Of a stretch of 64,000 bases of DNA, positions 1 through 13,111 are shown one piece after another. Origin of the DNA: Eledone cirrhosa (Eukaryota); contig OZ024740.1 in NCBI GenBank assembly GCA_964016885.1, positions 429,784,001 through 429,848,000 of the forward strand, written 5' to 3'. The notes under the pieces are model-generated. The model worked only from the letters and a program-made list of their open reading frames with translations, ran no database searches and was not told where the DNA came from. A program made the translations under genes and the position numbers. Every line of letters starts with the position of its first letter. Within the stretch, counting starts at the first letter, position 1.

Positions 1-3000
1 ACTGTTATATTATTCTAAATAACAACCTAATATTACTTCCTATATCATTACTGTTATATTATTCTAAATAACAACCTAATATTACTACCTATATCATTAC
101 TGTTATATTATTCTAAATAACAACCTAATATTACTTCCTATATCATTACTGTTATATTATTCTAAATAACAACCTAATATTACTACCTATATCATTACTG
201 TTATATTATTTTAAATAACAACCTAATATTACTACCTATATCATTACTGTTATATTATTCTAAATAACAACCTAATATTACTACCTATATCATTACTGTT
301 ATATTATTCTAAATAACAACCTAATATTACAACCTATATCATTACTGTTATATTATTCTAAATAACAACCTAATATTACTTCCTATATCATTACTGTTAT
401 ATTATTCTAAATAACAACCTAATATTACTACCTATATCATTACTGTTATATTATTCTAAATAACAACCTAATATTACTACCTATATCATTACTGTTATAT
501 TATTCTAAATAACAACCTAATATTACTACCTATATCATTACTGTTATATTATTCTAAATAACAACCTAATATTACTACCTATATCATTACTGTTATATTA
601 TTCTAAATAACAACCTAATATTACTACCTATATCATTACTGTTATATTATTCTAAATAATAACCTAATATTACTACCTATATCATTACTGTTATATTATT
701 TTAAATAACAACCTAATATTACAACCTATATCATTACTGTCATATTATTCTAAATAACAATTTAATATTACTACCTATATTATTACTGTTATATTATTCT
801 AAATAACAACCTAATATTACTACCTATATCATTACTGTTATATTATTCTAAATAACAACCTAATATTACTACCTATATCATTACTGTTATATTATTCTAA
901 ATAACAACCTAATATTACAACCTATATCATTACTGTTATATTATTCTGAATAACAACCTAATATTACAACCTATATCATTACTGTTATATTATTCTAAAT
1001 AACAACATAATATTACAACCTATATCATTACTGTTATATTATTCTAAATAACAACCTAATATTACTACCTATATCATTACTGTTATATTATTCTAAATAA
1101 CAACCTAATATTACTAACTATATCATTACTGTTATATTATTCTAAATAACAACCTAATATTACTACCTATATCATTACTGTTATATTATTCTAAATAACA
1201 ACCTAATATTACAACCTATATCATTACTGTTATATTATTCTAAATAACAACCTAATATTACAACCTATATCATTACTGTTATATTATTCTAAATAACAAC
1301 CTAATATTACTACCTATATCATTACTGTTATATTATTCAAAATAACAACCAAATATTACTACCTATATCATTACTGTTATATTATTCTAAATAACAACCT
1401 AATATTACTACCTATATTATTACTGTTATATTATTCTAAATAACAACCTAATATTACTACCTATATCATTACTGTTATATTATTTTAAATAACAACCTAA
1501 TATTACTACCTATATCATTACTGTTATATTATTCTAAATAACAACCTAATATTACTACCTATATCATTACTGTTATATTATTCTAAATAACAACCTAATA
1601 TTACTACCTATATCATTACTGTTATATTATTCTAAATAACAACCTAATATTACTACCTATATCATTACTGTTATTTTATTCTAAATAATAACCTAATATT
1701 ACTACCTATATCATTACTGTTATATTATTCTAAATAACAACCTAATATTACTACCTATATCATTACTGTTATATTATTCTAAACAACAACCTAATATTAC
1801 TACCTATATCATTACTGTTATATTATTCTAAATAACAACCTAATATTACTACCTATATCATTACTGTTATATTATTCTAAACAACAACCTAATATTACTA
1901 CCTATATCATTACTGTTATATTATTCTAAATAACAACCTAATATTACTACCTATATCATTACTGTTATATTATTTTAAATAACAACCTAATATTTCTACC
2001 TATATCATTACTGTTATATTATTCTAAATAACAACCTAATATTACTACCTATATCATTACTGTTATATTATTTTAAATAACAACCTAATATTACTACCTA
2101 TATCATTACTGTTATATTATTCTAAATAACAACCTAATATTACTACCTATATCATTACTGTTATATTATTCTAAATAACAACCTAATATTACTGCCTATA
2201 TCATTACTGTTATATTATTCTAAATAACAACCTAATATTACTACCTATATCATTACTGTTATATTATTCTAAATAACAACCTAATATTACTACCTATATC
2301 ATTACTGTTATATTATTCTAAATAACAACCTAATATTACAACCTATATCATTACTGTTATATTATTCTAAATAACAACCTAATATTACTACCTATATCAT
2401 TACTGTTATATTATTTTAAATAACAACCTAATATTACTACCTATATCATTACTGTTATATTATTCTAAATAACAACCTAATATTACTACCTATATCATTA
2501 CTGTTATATTATTCTAAATAATAACCTAATATTACTACCTATATCATTACTGTTATATTATTCTACATAACAACCTAATATTACTACCTATATCATTACT
2601 GTTATATTATTCTAAATAACAACCTAATATTACTACCTATATCATTACTGTTATATTATTCTAAATAACAACCTAATATTACTACCTATATCATTACTGT
2701 TATATTATTTTAAATAACAACCTAATATTACTACCTATATCATTACTGTTATATTATTCTAAATAACAACCTAATATTACTAACTATATCATTACTGTTA
2801 TATTATTCTAAATAACAACCTAATATTACTACCTATATCATTACTGTTATATTATTTTAAATAACAACCTAATATTACTACCTATATCATTACTGTTATA
2901 TTATTCTAAATAACAACCTAATATTAGTACCTATATCATTACTGTTATATTATTCTAAATAACAACCTAATATTACTACCTATATCATTACTGTTATATT

Positions 3001-6000
3001 ATTCTAAATAATAACCTAATATTACTACCTATATCATTACTGTTATATTATTTTAAATAACAACCTAATATTACAACCTATATCATTACTGTCATATTAT
3101 TCTAAATAACAATTTAATATTACTACCTATATTATTACTGTTATATTATTCTAAATAACAACCTAATATTACTACCTATATCATTACTATTATATTATTC
3201 TAAATAACAACCTAATATTACTACCTATATCATTACTGTTATATTATTCTAAATAACAACCTAATATTACAACCTATATCATTACTGTTATATTATTCTG
3301 AATAACAACCTAATATTACAACCTATATCATTACTGTTATATTCTTCTAAATAACAACATAATATTACAACCTATATCATTACTGTTATATTATTCTAAA
3401 TAACAACCTAATATTACTACCTATATCATTACTGTTATATTATTTTAAATAACAACCTAATATTACTACCTATATCATTACTGTTATATTATTCTAAATA
3501 ACAACCTAATATTACTATCTATATCATTACTGTTATATTATTCTAAATAACAACCTAATATTACTACCTATATCATTACTGTTATATTATTTTAAATAAC
3601 AACCTAATATTACTACCTATATCATTACTGTCATATTATTCTAAATAACAACCTAATATTACAACCTATATCATTACTGTTATATTATTCTAAATAACAA
3701 CCTAATATTACTACCTATATCATTACTGTTATATTATTCTAAATAACAACCTAATATTACTACCTATATCATTACTGTTATATTATTTTAAATAACAACC
3801 TAATATTACTACCTATATCATTACTGTTATATTATTCTAAATAACAACCTAATATTACTACCTATATCATTACTGTTATATTATTCTAAATAACAACCTA
3901 ATATTACAACCTATATCATTACTGTTATATTATTCTAAATAACAACCTAATATTACTTCCTATATCATTACTGTTATATTATTCTAAATAACAACCTAAT
4001 ATTACTACCTATATCATTACTGTTATATTATTCTAAATAACAACCTAATATTACTTCCTATATCATTACTGTTATATTATTCTAAATAACAACCTAATAT
4101 TACTACCTATATCATTACTGTTATATTATTTTAAATAACAACCTAATATTACTACCTATATCATTACTGTTATATTATTCTAAATAACAACCTAATATTA
4201 CTACCTATATCATTACTGTTATATTATTCTAAATAACAACCTAATATTACAACCTATATCATTACTGTTATATTATTCTAAATAACAACCTAATATTACT
4301 TCCTATATCATTACTGTTATATTATTCTAAATAACAACCTAATATTACTACCTATATCATTACTGTTATATTATTCTAAATAACAACCTAATATTACTAC
4401 CTATATCATTACTGTTATATTATTCTAAATAACAACCTAATATTACAACCTATATCATTACTGTTATATTATTCTAAATAACAACCTAATATTACTTCCT
4501 ATATCATTACTGTTATATTATTCTAAATAACAACCTAATATTACTACCTATATCATTACTGTTATATTATTCTAAATAACAACCTAATATTACTACCTAT
4601 ATCATTACTGTTATATTATTCTAAATAACAACCTAATATTACAACCTATATCATTACTGTTATATTATTCTAAATAACAACCTAATATTACTTCCTATAT
4701 CATTACTGTTATATTATTCTAAATAACAACCTAATATTACTTCCTATATCATTACTGTTATATTATTCTAAATAACAACCTAATATTACTACCTATATCA
4801 TTACTGTTATATTATTTTAAATAACAACCTAATATTACTACCTATATCATTACTGTTATATTATTCTAAATAACAACCTAATATTACTACCTATATCATT
4901 CCTGTTATATTATTCTAAATAACAACCTAATATTACAACCTATATCATTACTGTTATATTATTCTAAATAACAACCTAATATTACTTCCTATATCATTAC
5001 TGCTATATTATTCTAAATAACAACCTAATATTACTACCTATATCATTACTGTTATATTATTTTAAATAACAACCTAATATTACTACCTATATCATTACTG
5101 TTATATTATTCTAAATAACAACCTAATATTACTTCCTATATCATTACTGTTATATTATTCTAAATAACAACCTAATATTACTTCCTATATCATTACTGTT
5201 ATATTATTCTAAATAACAACCTAATATTACTACCTATATCATTACTGTTATATTATTTTAAATAACAACCTAATATTACTACCTATATCATTACTGTTAT
5301 ATTATTCTAAATAACAACCTAATATTACTACCTATATCATTACTGTTATATTATTTTAAATAACAACCTAATATTACTACCTATATCATTACTGTTATAT
5401 TATTATAAATAACAACCTAATATTACTACCTATATCATTACTTTTATATTATTCTAAATAACAACCTAATATTTCTACCTATATCATTACTGTTATATTA
5501 TTCTAAATAACAACCTAATATTACTACCTATATCATTACTGTTATATTATTTTAAATAACAACCTAATATTACTACCTATATCATTACTGTTATATTATT
5601 CTAAATAACAACCTAATATTACTACCTATATCATTACTGTTATATTATTCTAAATAACAACCTAATATTACTACCTATATCATTACTGTTATATTATTTT
5701 AAATAACAACCTAATATTACTACCTATATCATTACTGTTATATTATTCTAAATAACAACCTAATATTACTACCTATATCATTACTGTTATATTATTCTAA
5801 ATAACAACCTAATATTACTACCTATATCATTACTGTTATAATATTCTAAATAACAACCTAATATTACTACCTATATCATTACTGTTATATTATTTTAAAT
5901 CACAACCTAATATTACTACCTATATCATTACTGTTATATTATTCTAAATAACAACCTAATATTACTTCCTATATCATTACTGTTATATTATTCGAAATAA

Positions 6001-7714
6001 CAACCTAATATTACTTCCTATATCATTACTGTTATATTATTCTAAATAACAACCTAATATTACTACCTATATCATTACTGTTATATTATTTTAAATAACA
6101 ACCTAATATTACTACCTATATCATTACTGTTATATTATTCTAAATAACAACCTAATATTACTACCTATATCATTACTGTTATATTATTTTAAATAACAAC
6201 CTAATATTACTACCTATATCATTACTGTTATATTATTATAAATAACAACCTAATATTACTACCTATATCATTACTTTTATATTATTCTAAATAACAACCT
6301 AATATTTCTACCTATATCATTACTGTTATATTATTCTAAATAACAACCTAATATTACTACCTATATCATTACTGTTATATTATTTTAAATAACAACCTAA
6401 TATTACTACCTATATCATTACTGTTATATTATTCTAAATAACAACCTAATATTACTACCTATATCATTACTGTTATATTATTCTAAATAACAACCTAATA
6501 TTACTACCTATATCATTACTGTTATATTATTTTAAATAACATCCTAATATTACTACCTATATCATTACTGTTATATTATTCTAAATAACAACCTAATATT
6601 ACTACCTATATCATTACTGTTATATTATTCTAAATAACAACCTAATATTACTACCTATATCATTACTGTTATATTATTCTAAATAATAACCTCATATTAC
6701 TACCTATATCATTACTGTTATATTATTTTAAATAACAACCTAATATTACTACCTATATCATTACTGTTATATTATTCTAAATAACAACCTAATATTACTA
6801 CCTATATCATTACTGTTATATTATTCTAAATAACAACCTAATATTACTACCTATATCATTACTGTTATATTATTTTAAATAACAATCTAATATTACTACC
6901 TATATCATTACTGTTATATTATTCTAAATAACAACCTAATATTACTACCTATATCATTACAGTTATATTATTCTAAATAACAACCTAATATTACAAGCTA
7001 TATCATTACTGTTATATTATTCTAAATAACAACCTAATATTACAACCTATATCATTACTGTTATATTATTCTAAATAACAACCTAATATTACTTCCTATA
7101 TCATTACTGTTATATTATTCTAAATAACAACCTAATATTACTACCTATATCATTACTGTTATATTATTTTAAATAACCTAATATTACTACCTATATCATT
7201 ACTGTTATATTATTATAAATAACAACCTAATATTACTACCTATATCATTACTGTTATATTATTCTAAATAACAACCTAATATTACTACCTATATCATTAC
7301 TGTTATATTATTCTAAATAATAACCTAATATTACTACCTATATCATTACTGTTATATTATTTTAAATAACAACCTAATATTACTACCTATATCATTACTG
7401 TTATATTATTCTAAATAACAACCTAATATTACTACCTATATCATTACTGTTATATTATTCTAAATAACAACCTAATATTACTACCTATATCATTACTGTT
7501 ATATTATTCTAAATAACAACCTAATATTACTACCTATATCATTACTGTTATATTATTCTAAATAACAACCTAATATTACTACCTATATCATTACTGTTAT
7601 ATTATTTTAAATAACTGTTTCTACTTTAGGCACAAGGCCAGCAATTACCCAGTGCATTACTGGTACTTTATTTTATCTACCCCGTAAGGATGAAAGGCAA
7701 AGTCAACCTCGGCA

Positions 7715-7726
7715 GGATTTGAACTC
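7715..7726 (-). promoter_or_regulatory. RNA polymerase III internal promoter B box of the SINE (also 12896-12907 and 37824-37835)
   Basis: Minus strand GAGTTCAAATCC matches the B-box core GTTCRANNC and lies about 51 nt downstream of the A box. Confidence 0.8.
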
Positions 7727-7777
7727 AGATCGTAAAGGGACGTAACTATGCTGGAAAGCATGGCGTCCGACCCTCTA

Positions 7778-7789
7778 CCGATACTGCCA
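7778..7789 (-). promoter_or_regulatory. RNA polymerase III internal promoter A box of the SINE (also 12959-12970 and 37887-37898)
   Basis: Minus strand TGGCAGTATCGG, starting 12 nt from the element's 5' end. It resembles the tRNA A-box pattern TRGCNNARY(N)GG. Confidence 0.65.
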
Positions 7790-7886
7790 ATCCAACGCCC
7801 TTTATATTATTTTAAATAACAACCTAATATTACTACCTATATCATTACTGTTATATTATTCTAAATAACAACCTAATATTACTACC

Positions 7887-7930
7887 TAATATAACAGTAA
7901 TGATATAGGTAGTAATATTAGGTTGTTATT
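7887..7930 (-). repeat. 44-bp inverted satellite fragment (micro-inversion), copy 1
   Basis: TAATATAACAGTAATGATATAGGTAGTAATATTAGGTTGTTATT is the reverse complement of monomer sequence. It replaces TATC within a forward monomer and shares TA and ATT with the flanks at its junctions. Confidence 0.95.
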
Positions 7931-10900
7931 ACTGTTATATTATTCTAAATAACAACCTAATATTACTACCTATATCATTACTGTTATATTATTCTAAATA
8001 ACAACCTAATATTACTACCTATATCATTACTGTTATATTATTTTAAATAACAACCTAATATTACTACCTATATCATTACTGTTATATTATTCTAAATAAC
8101 AACCTAATATTAGTACCTATATCATTACTGTTATATTATTCTAAATAACAACCTAATATTACTACCTATATCATTACTGTTATATTATTCTAAATAATAA
8201 CCTAATATTACTACCTATATCATTACTGTTATATTATTTTAAATAACAACCTAATATTACAACCTATATCATTACTGTCATATTATTCTAAATAACAATT
8301 TAATATTACTACCTATATTATTACTGTTATATTATTCTAAATAACAACCTAATATTACTACCTATATCATTACTGTTATATTATTCTAAATAACAACCTA
8401 ATATTACTACCTATATCATTACTGTTATATTATTCTAAATAACAACCTAATATTACAACCTATATCATTACTGTTATATTATTCTGAATAACAACCTAAT
8501 ATTACAACCTATATCATTACTGTTATATTATTCTAAATAACAACATAATATTACAACCTATATCATTACTGTTATATTATTCTAAATAACAACCTAATAT
8601 TACTACCTATATCATTACTGTTATATTATTTTAAATAACAACCTAATATTACTACCTATATCATTACTGTTATATTATTCTAAATAACAACCTAATATTA
8701 CTATCTATATCATTACTGTTATATTATTCTAAATAACAACCTAATATTACTACCTATATCATTACTGTTATATTATTTTAAATAACAACCTAATATTACT
8801 ACCTATATCATTACTGTCATATTATTCTAAATAACAACCTAATATTACTACCTATATCATTACTGTTATATTATTCTAAATAACAACCTAATATTACTAC
8901 CTATATCATTACTGTTATATTATTCTAAATAACAACCTAATATTACTACCTATATCATTACTGTTATATTATTTTAAATAACAACCTAATATTACTACCT
9001 ATATCATTACTGTTATATTATTCTAAATAACAACCTAATATTACTACCTATATCATTACTGTTATATTATTCTAAATAACAACCTAATATTACAACCTAT
9101 ATCATTACTGTTATATTATTCTAAATAACAACCTAATATTACTTCCTATATCATTACTGTTATATTATTCTAAATAACAACCTAATATTACTACCTATAT
9201 CATTACTGTTATATTATTCTAAATAACAACCTAATATTACTTCCTATATCATTACTGTTATATTATTCTAAATAACAACCTAATATTACTACCTATATCA
9301 TTACTGTTATATTATTTTAAATAACAACCTAATATTACTACCTATATCATTACTGTTATATTATTCTAAATAACAACCTAATATTACTACCTATATCATT
9401 ACTGTTATATTATTCTAAATAACAACCTAATATTACAACCTATATCATTACTGTTATATTATTCTAAATAACAACCTAATATTACTTCCTATATCATTAC
9501 TGTTATATTATTCTAAATAACAACCTAATATTACTACCTATATCATTACTGTTATATTATTCTAAATAACAACCTAATATTACTACCTATATCATTACTG
9601 TTATATTATTCTAAATAACAACCTAATATTACAACCTATATCATTACTGTTATATTATTCTAAATAACAACCTAATATTACTTCCTATATCATTACTGTT
9701 ATATTATTCTAAATAACAACCTAATATTACTACCTATATCATTACTGTTATATTATTCTAAATAACAACCTAATATTACTACCTATATCATTACTGTTAT
9801 ATTATTCTAAATAACAACCTAATATTACAACCTATATCATTACTGTTATATTATTCTAAATAACAACCTAATATTACTTCCTATATCATTACTGTTATAT
9901 TATTCTAAATAACAACCTAATATTACTTCCTATATCATTACTGTTATATTATTCTAAATAACAACCTAATATTACTACCTATATCATTACTGTTATATTA
10001 TTTTAAATAACAACCTAATATTACTACCTATATCATTACTGTTATATTATTCTAAATAACAACCTAATATTACTACCTATATCATTACTGTTATATTATT
10101 CTAAATAACAACCTAATATTACAACCTATATCATTACTGTTATATTATTCTAAATAACAACCTAATATTACTTCCTATATCATTACTGCTATATTATTCT
10201 AAATAACAACCTAATATTACTACCTATATCATTACTGTTATATTATTTTAAATAACAACCTAATATTACTACCTATATCATTACTGTTATATTATTCTAA
10301 ATAACAACCTAATATTACTTCCTATATCATTACTGTTATATTATTCTAAATAACAACCTAATATTACTTCCTATATCATTACTGTTATATTATTCTAAAT
10401 AACAACCTAATATTACTACCTATATCATTACTGTTATATTATTTTAAATAACAACCTAATATTACTACCTATATCATTACTGTTATATTATTCTAAATAA
10501 CAACCTAATATTACTACCTATATCATTACTGTTATATTATTTTAAATAACAACCTAATATTACTACCTATATCATTACTGTTATATTATTATAAATAACA
10601 ACCTAATATTACTACCTATATCATTACTTTTATATTATTCTAAATAACAACCTAATATTACTACCTATATCATTACTGTTATATTATTCTAAATAACAAC
10701 CTAATATTACTACCTATATCATTACTGTTATATTATTTTAAATAACAACCTAATATTACTACCTATATCATTACTGTTATATTATTCTAAATAACAACCT
10801 AATATTACTACCTATATCATTACTGTTATATTATTCTAAATAACAACCTAATATTACTACCTATATCATTACTGTTATAATATTCTAAATAACAACCTAA

Positions 10901-12796
10901 TATTACTACCTATATCATTACTGTTATATTATTTTAAATCACAACCTAATATTACTACCTATATCATTACTGTTATATTATTCTAAATAACAACCTAATA
11001 TTACTTCCTATATCATTACTGTTATATTATTCGAAATAACAACCTAATATTACTTCCTATATCATTACTGTTATATTATTCTAAATAACAACCTAATATT
11101 ACTACCTATATCATTACTGTTATATTATTTTAAATAACAACCTAATATTACTACCTATATCATTACTGTTATATTATTCTAAATAACAACCTAATATTAC
11201 TACCTATATCATTACTGTTATATTATTTTAAATAACAACCTAATATTACTACCTATATCATTACTGTTATATTATTATAAATAACAACCTAATATTACTA
11301 CCTATATCATTACTTTTATATTATTCTAAATAACAACCTAATATTTCTACCTATATCATTACTGTTATATTATTCTAAATAACAACCTAATATTACTACC
11401 TATATCATTACTGTTATATTATTTTAAATAACAACCTAATATTACTACCTATATCATTACTGTTATATTATTCTAAATAACAACCTAATATTACTACCTA
11501 TATCATTACTGTTATATTATTCTAAATAACAACCTAATATTACTACCTATATCATTACTGTTATATTATTTTAAATAACAACCTAATATTACTACCTATA
11601 TCATTACTGTTATATTATTCTAAATAACAACCTAATATTACTACCTATATCATTACTGTTATATTATTCTAAATAACAACCTAATATTACTACCTATATC
11701 ATTACTGTTATATTATTCTAAATAATAACCTCATATTACTACCTATATCATTACTGTTATATTATTTTAAATAACAACCTAATATTACTACCTATATCAT
11801 TACTGTTATATTATTCTAAATAACAACCTAATATTACTACCTATATCATTACTGTTATATTATTCTAAATAACAACCTAATATTACTACCTATATCATTA
11901 CTGTTATATTATTTTAAATAACAATCTAATATTACTACCTATATCATTACTGTTATATTATTCTAAATAACAACCTGATATTACTACCTATATCATTACA
12001 GTTATATTATTCTAAATAACAACCTAATATTACAAGCTATATCATTACTGTTATATTATTCTAAATAACAACCTAATATTACAACCTATATCATTACTGT
12101 TATATTATTCTAAATAACAACCTAATATTACTTCCTATATCATTACTGTTATATTATTCTAAATAACAACCTAATATTACTACCTATATCATTACTGTTA
12201 TATTATTTTAAATAACCTAATATTACTACCTATATCATTACTGTTATATTATTATAAATAACAACCTAATATTACTACCTATATCATTACTGTTATATTA
12301 TTCTAAATAACAACCTAATATTACTACCTATATCATTACTGTTATATTATTCTAAATAATAACCTAATATTACTACCTATATCATTAATGTTATATTATT
12401 TTAAATAACAACCTAATATTACTACCTATATCATTACTGTTATATTATTCTAAATAACAACCTAATATTACTACCTATATCATTACTGTTATATTATTCT
12501 AAATAACAACCTAATATTACTACCTATATCATTACTGTTATATTATTCTAAATAACAACCTAATATTACTACCTATATCATTACTGTTATATTATTCTAA
12601 ATAACAACCTAATATTACTACCTATATCATTACTGTTATATTATTCTAAATAACAACCTAATATTACTACCTATATCATTACTGTTATATTATTCTAAAT
12701 AACAACCTAATATTACTACCTATATCATTACTGTTATATTATTCTAAATAACAACCTAATATTACTACCTATATCATTAATAATATTTTAAATAAC

Positions 12797-12982
12797 TGTT
12801 TCTACTTTAGGCACAAGGCCAGCAATTACCCAGTGCATTACTGGTACTTTATTTTATCTACCCCGTAAGGATGAAAGGCAAAGTCAACCTCGGCAGGATT
12901 TGAACTCAGATCGTAAAGGGACGTAACTATGCTGGAAAGCATGGCGTCCGACCCTCTACCGATACTGCCAATCCAACGCCCT
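12797..12982 (-). mobile_element. tRNA-derived SINE-like retroposon, copy 2 (identical to copy 1)
   Basis: 186 bp, identical to 7616-7801 by eye, at the same insertion point in the monomer (after ...TTTTAAATAAC). The left flank is altered (CATTAATAATATTTTAAATAAC). Confidence 0.88.
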
Positions 12983-13067
12983 TTATATTATTTTAAATAA
13001 CAACCTAATATTACTACCTATATCATTACTGTTATATTATTCTAAATAACAACCTAATATTACTACC

Positions 13068-13111
13068 TAATATAACAGTAATGATATAGGTAGTAATATT
13101 AGGTTGTTATT
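13068..13111 (-). repeat. 44-bp inverted satellite fragment, copy 2
   Basis: Identical to 7887-7930 and the same distance from the SINE. Confidence 0.95.

Larger units (their letters stand above)
7616..7801 (-). mobile_element. tRNA-derived SINE-like retroposon, 186 bp, copy 1 (resembles cephalopod tRNA-derived SINEs)
   Basis: GC-richer insert in the satellite. The minus strand reads AGGGCGTTGGATTGGCAGTATCGGTAGAGGG...TCTGAGTTCAAATCCTGCCGAGGTTGACTTTGCCTTTCATCCTTACGGGGTAGATAAAATAAAGTACCAG...GGCCTTGTGCCTAAAGTAGAAACA. It has a 5' tRNA-like head with A and B boxes, then a tRNA-unrelated body, and is flanked by a 19-bp direct duplication. The family resemblance is from recall, not from a database search. 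Confidence 0.88.
7597..7820 (+). repeat. 19-bp target-site duplication TTATATTATTTTAAATAAC flanking SINE copy 1 (7597-7615 and 7802-7820)
   Basis: The satellite stops at ...TTATATTATTTTAAATAAC and resumes 19 nt earlier in monomer phase after the insert. Both sides carry the minor TTTTAAA allele rather than the major TTCTAAA allele, which supports a true duplication of one target. Confidence 0.9.
2780..13111 (+). repeat. ~5.2-kb tandem segmental duplication within the array (~2780-7930 and 7931-13111); left boundary approximate
   Basis: Rare variants recur in the same order: TAGTACC 2927/8113, GTCAT+CAATTT 3093/8279, GCTAT ~5003/~10189, AATCAC 5901/10940, CAAGCT ~6995/~12035, 46-bp monomer ~7175/~12215, SINE 7616/12797. 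Offsets are about 5186 or 5039, which differ by three monomers. Confidence 0.85.

Noticed and set aside
7700-7801. Functional tRNA gene
   Set aside because: A and B boxes are present, but I could not fold a full cloverleaf with an acceptor stem. The sequence continues into a SINE body, has no oligo-T terminator and is flanked by a target duplication.
7616-7930. MITE or DNA transposon using the inverted fragment as a terminal inverted repeat
   Set aside because: The inverted piece is pure satellite and lies outside the target duplication, and the insert itself has no terminal inverted repeats.
12775-12796. Different left junction of SINE copy 2 as evidence of an independent insertion
   Set aside because: The element, right flank and linked inversion are identical to copy 1. 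The 5-bp-shorter CATTAATAATATTTT flank is better explained by a later local mutation or a consensus error.
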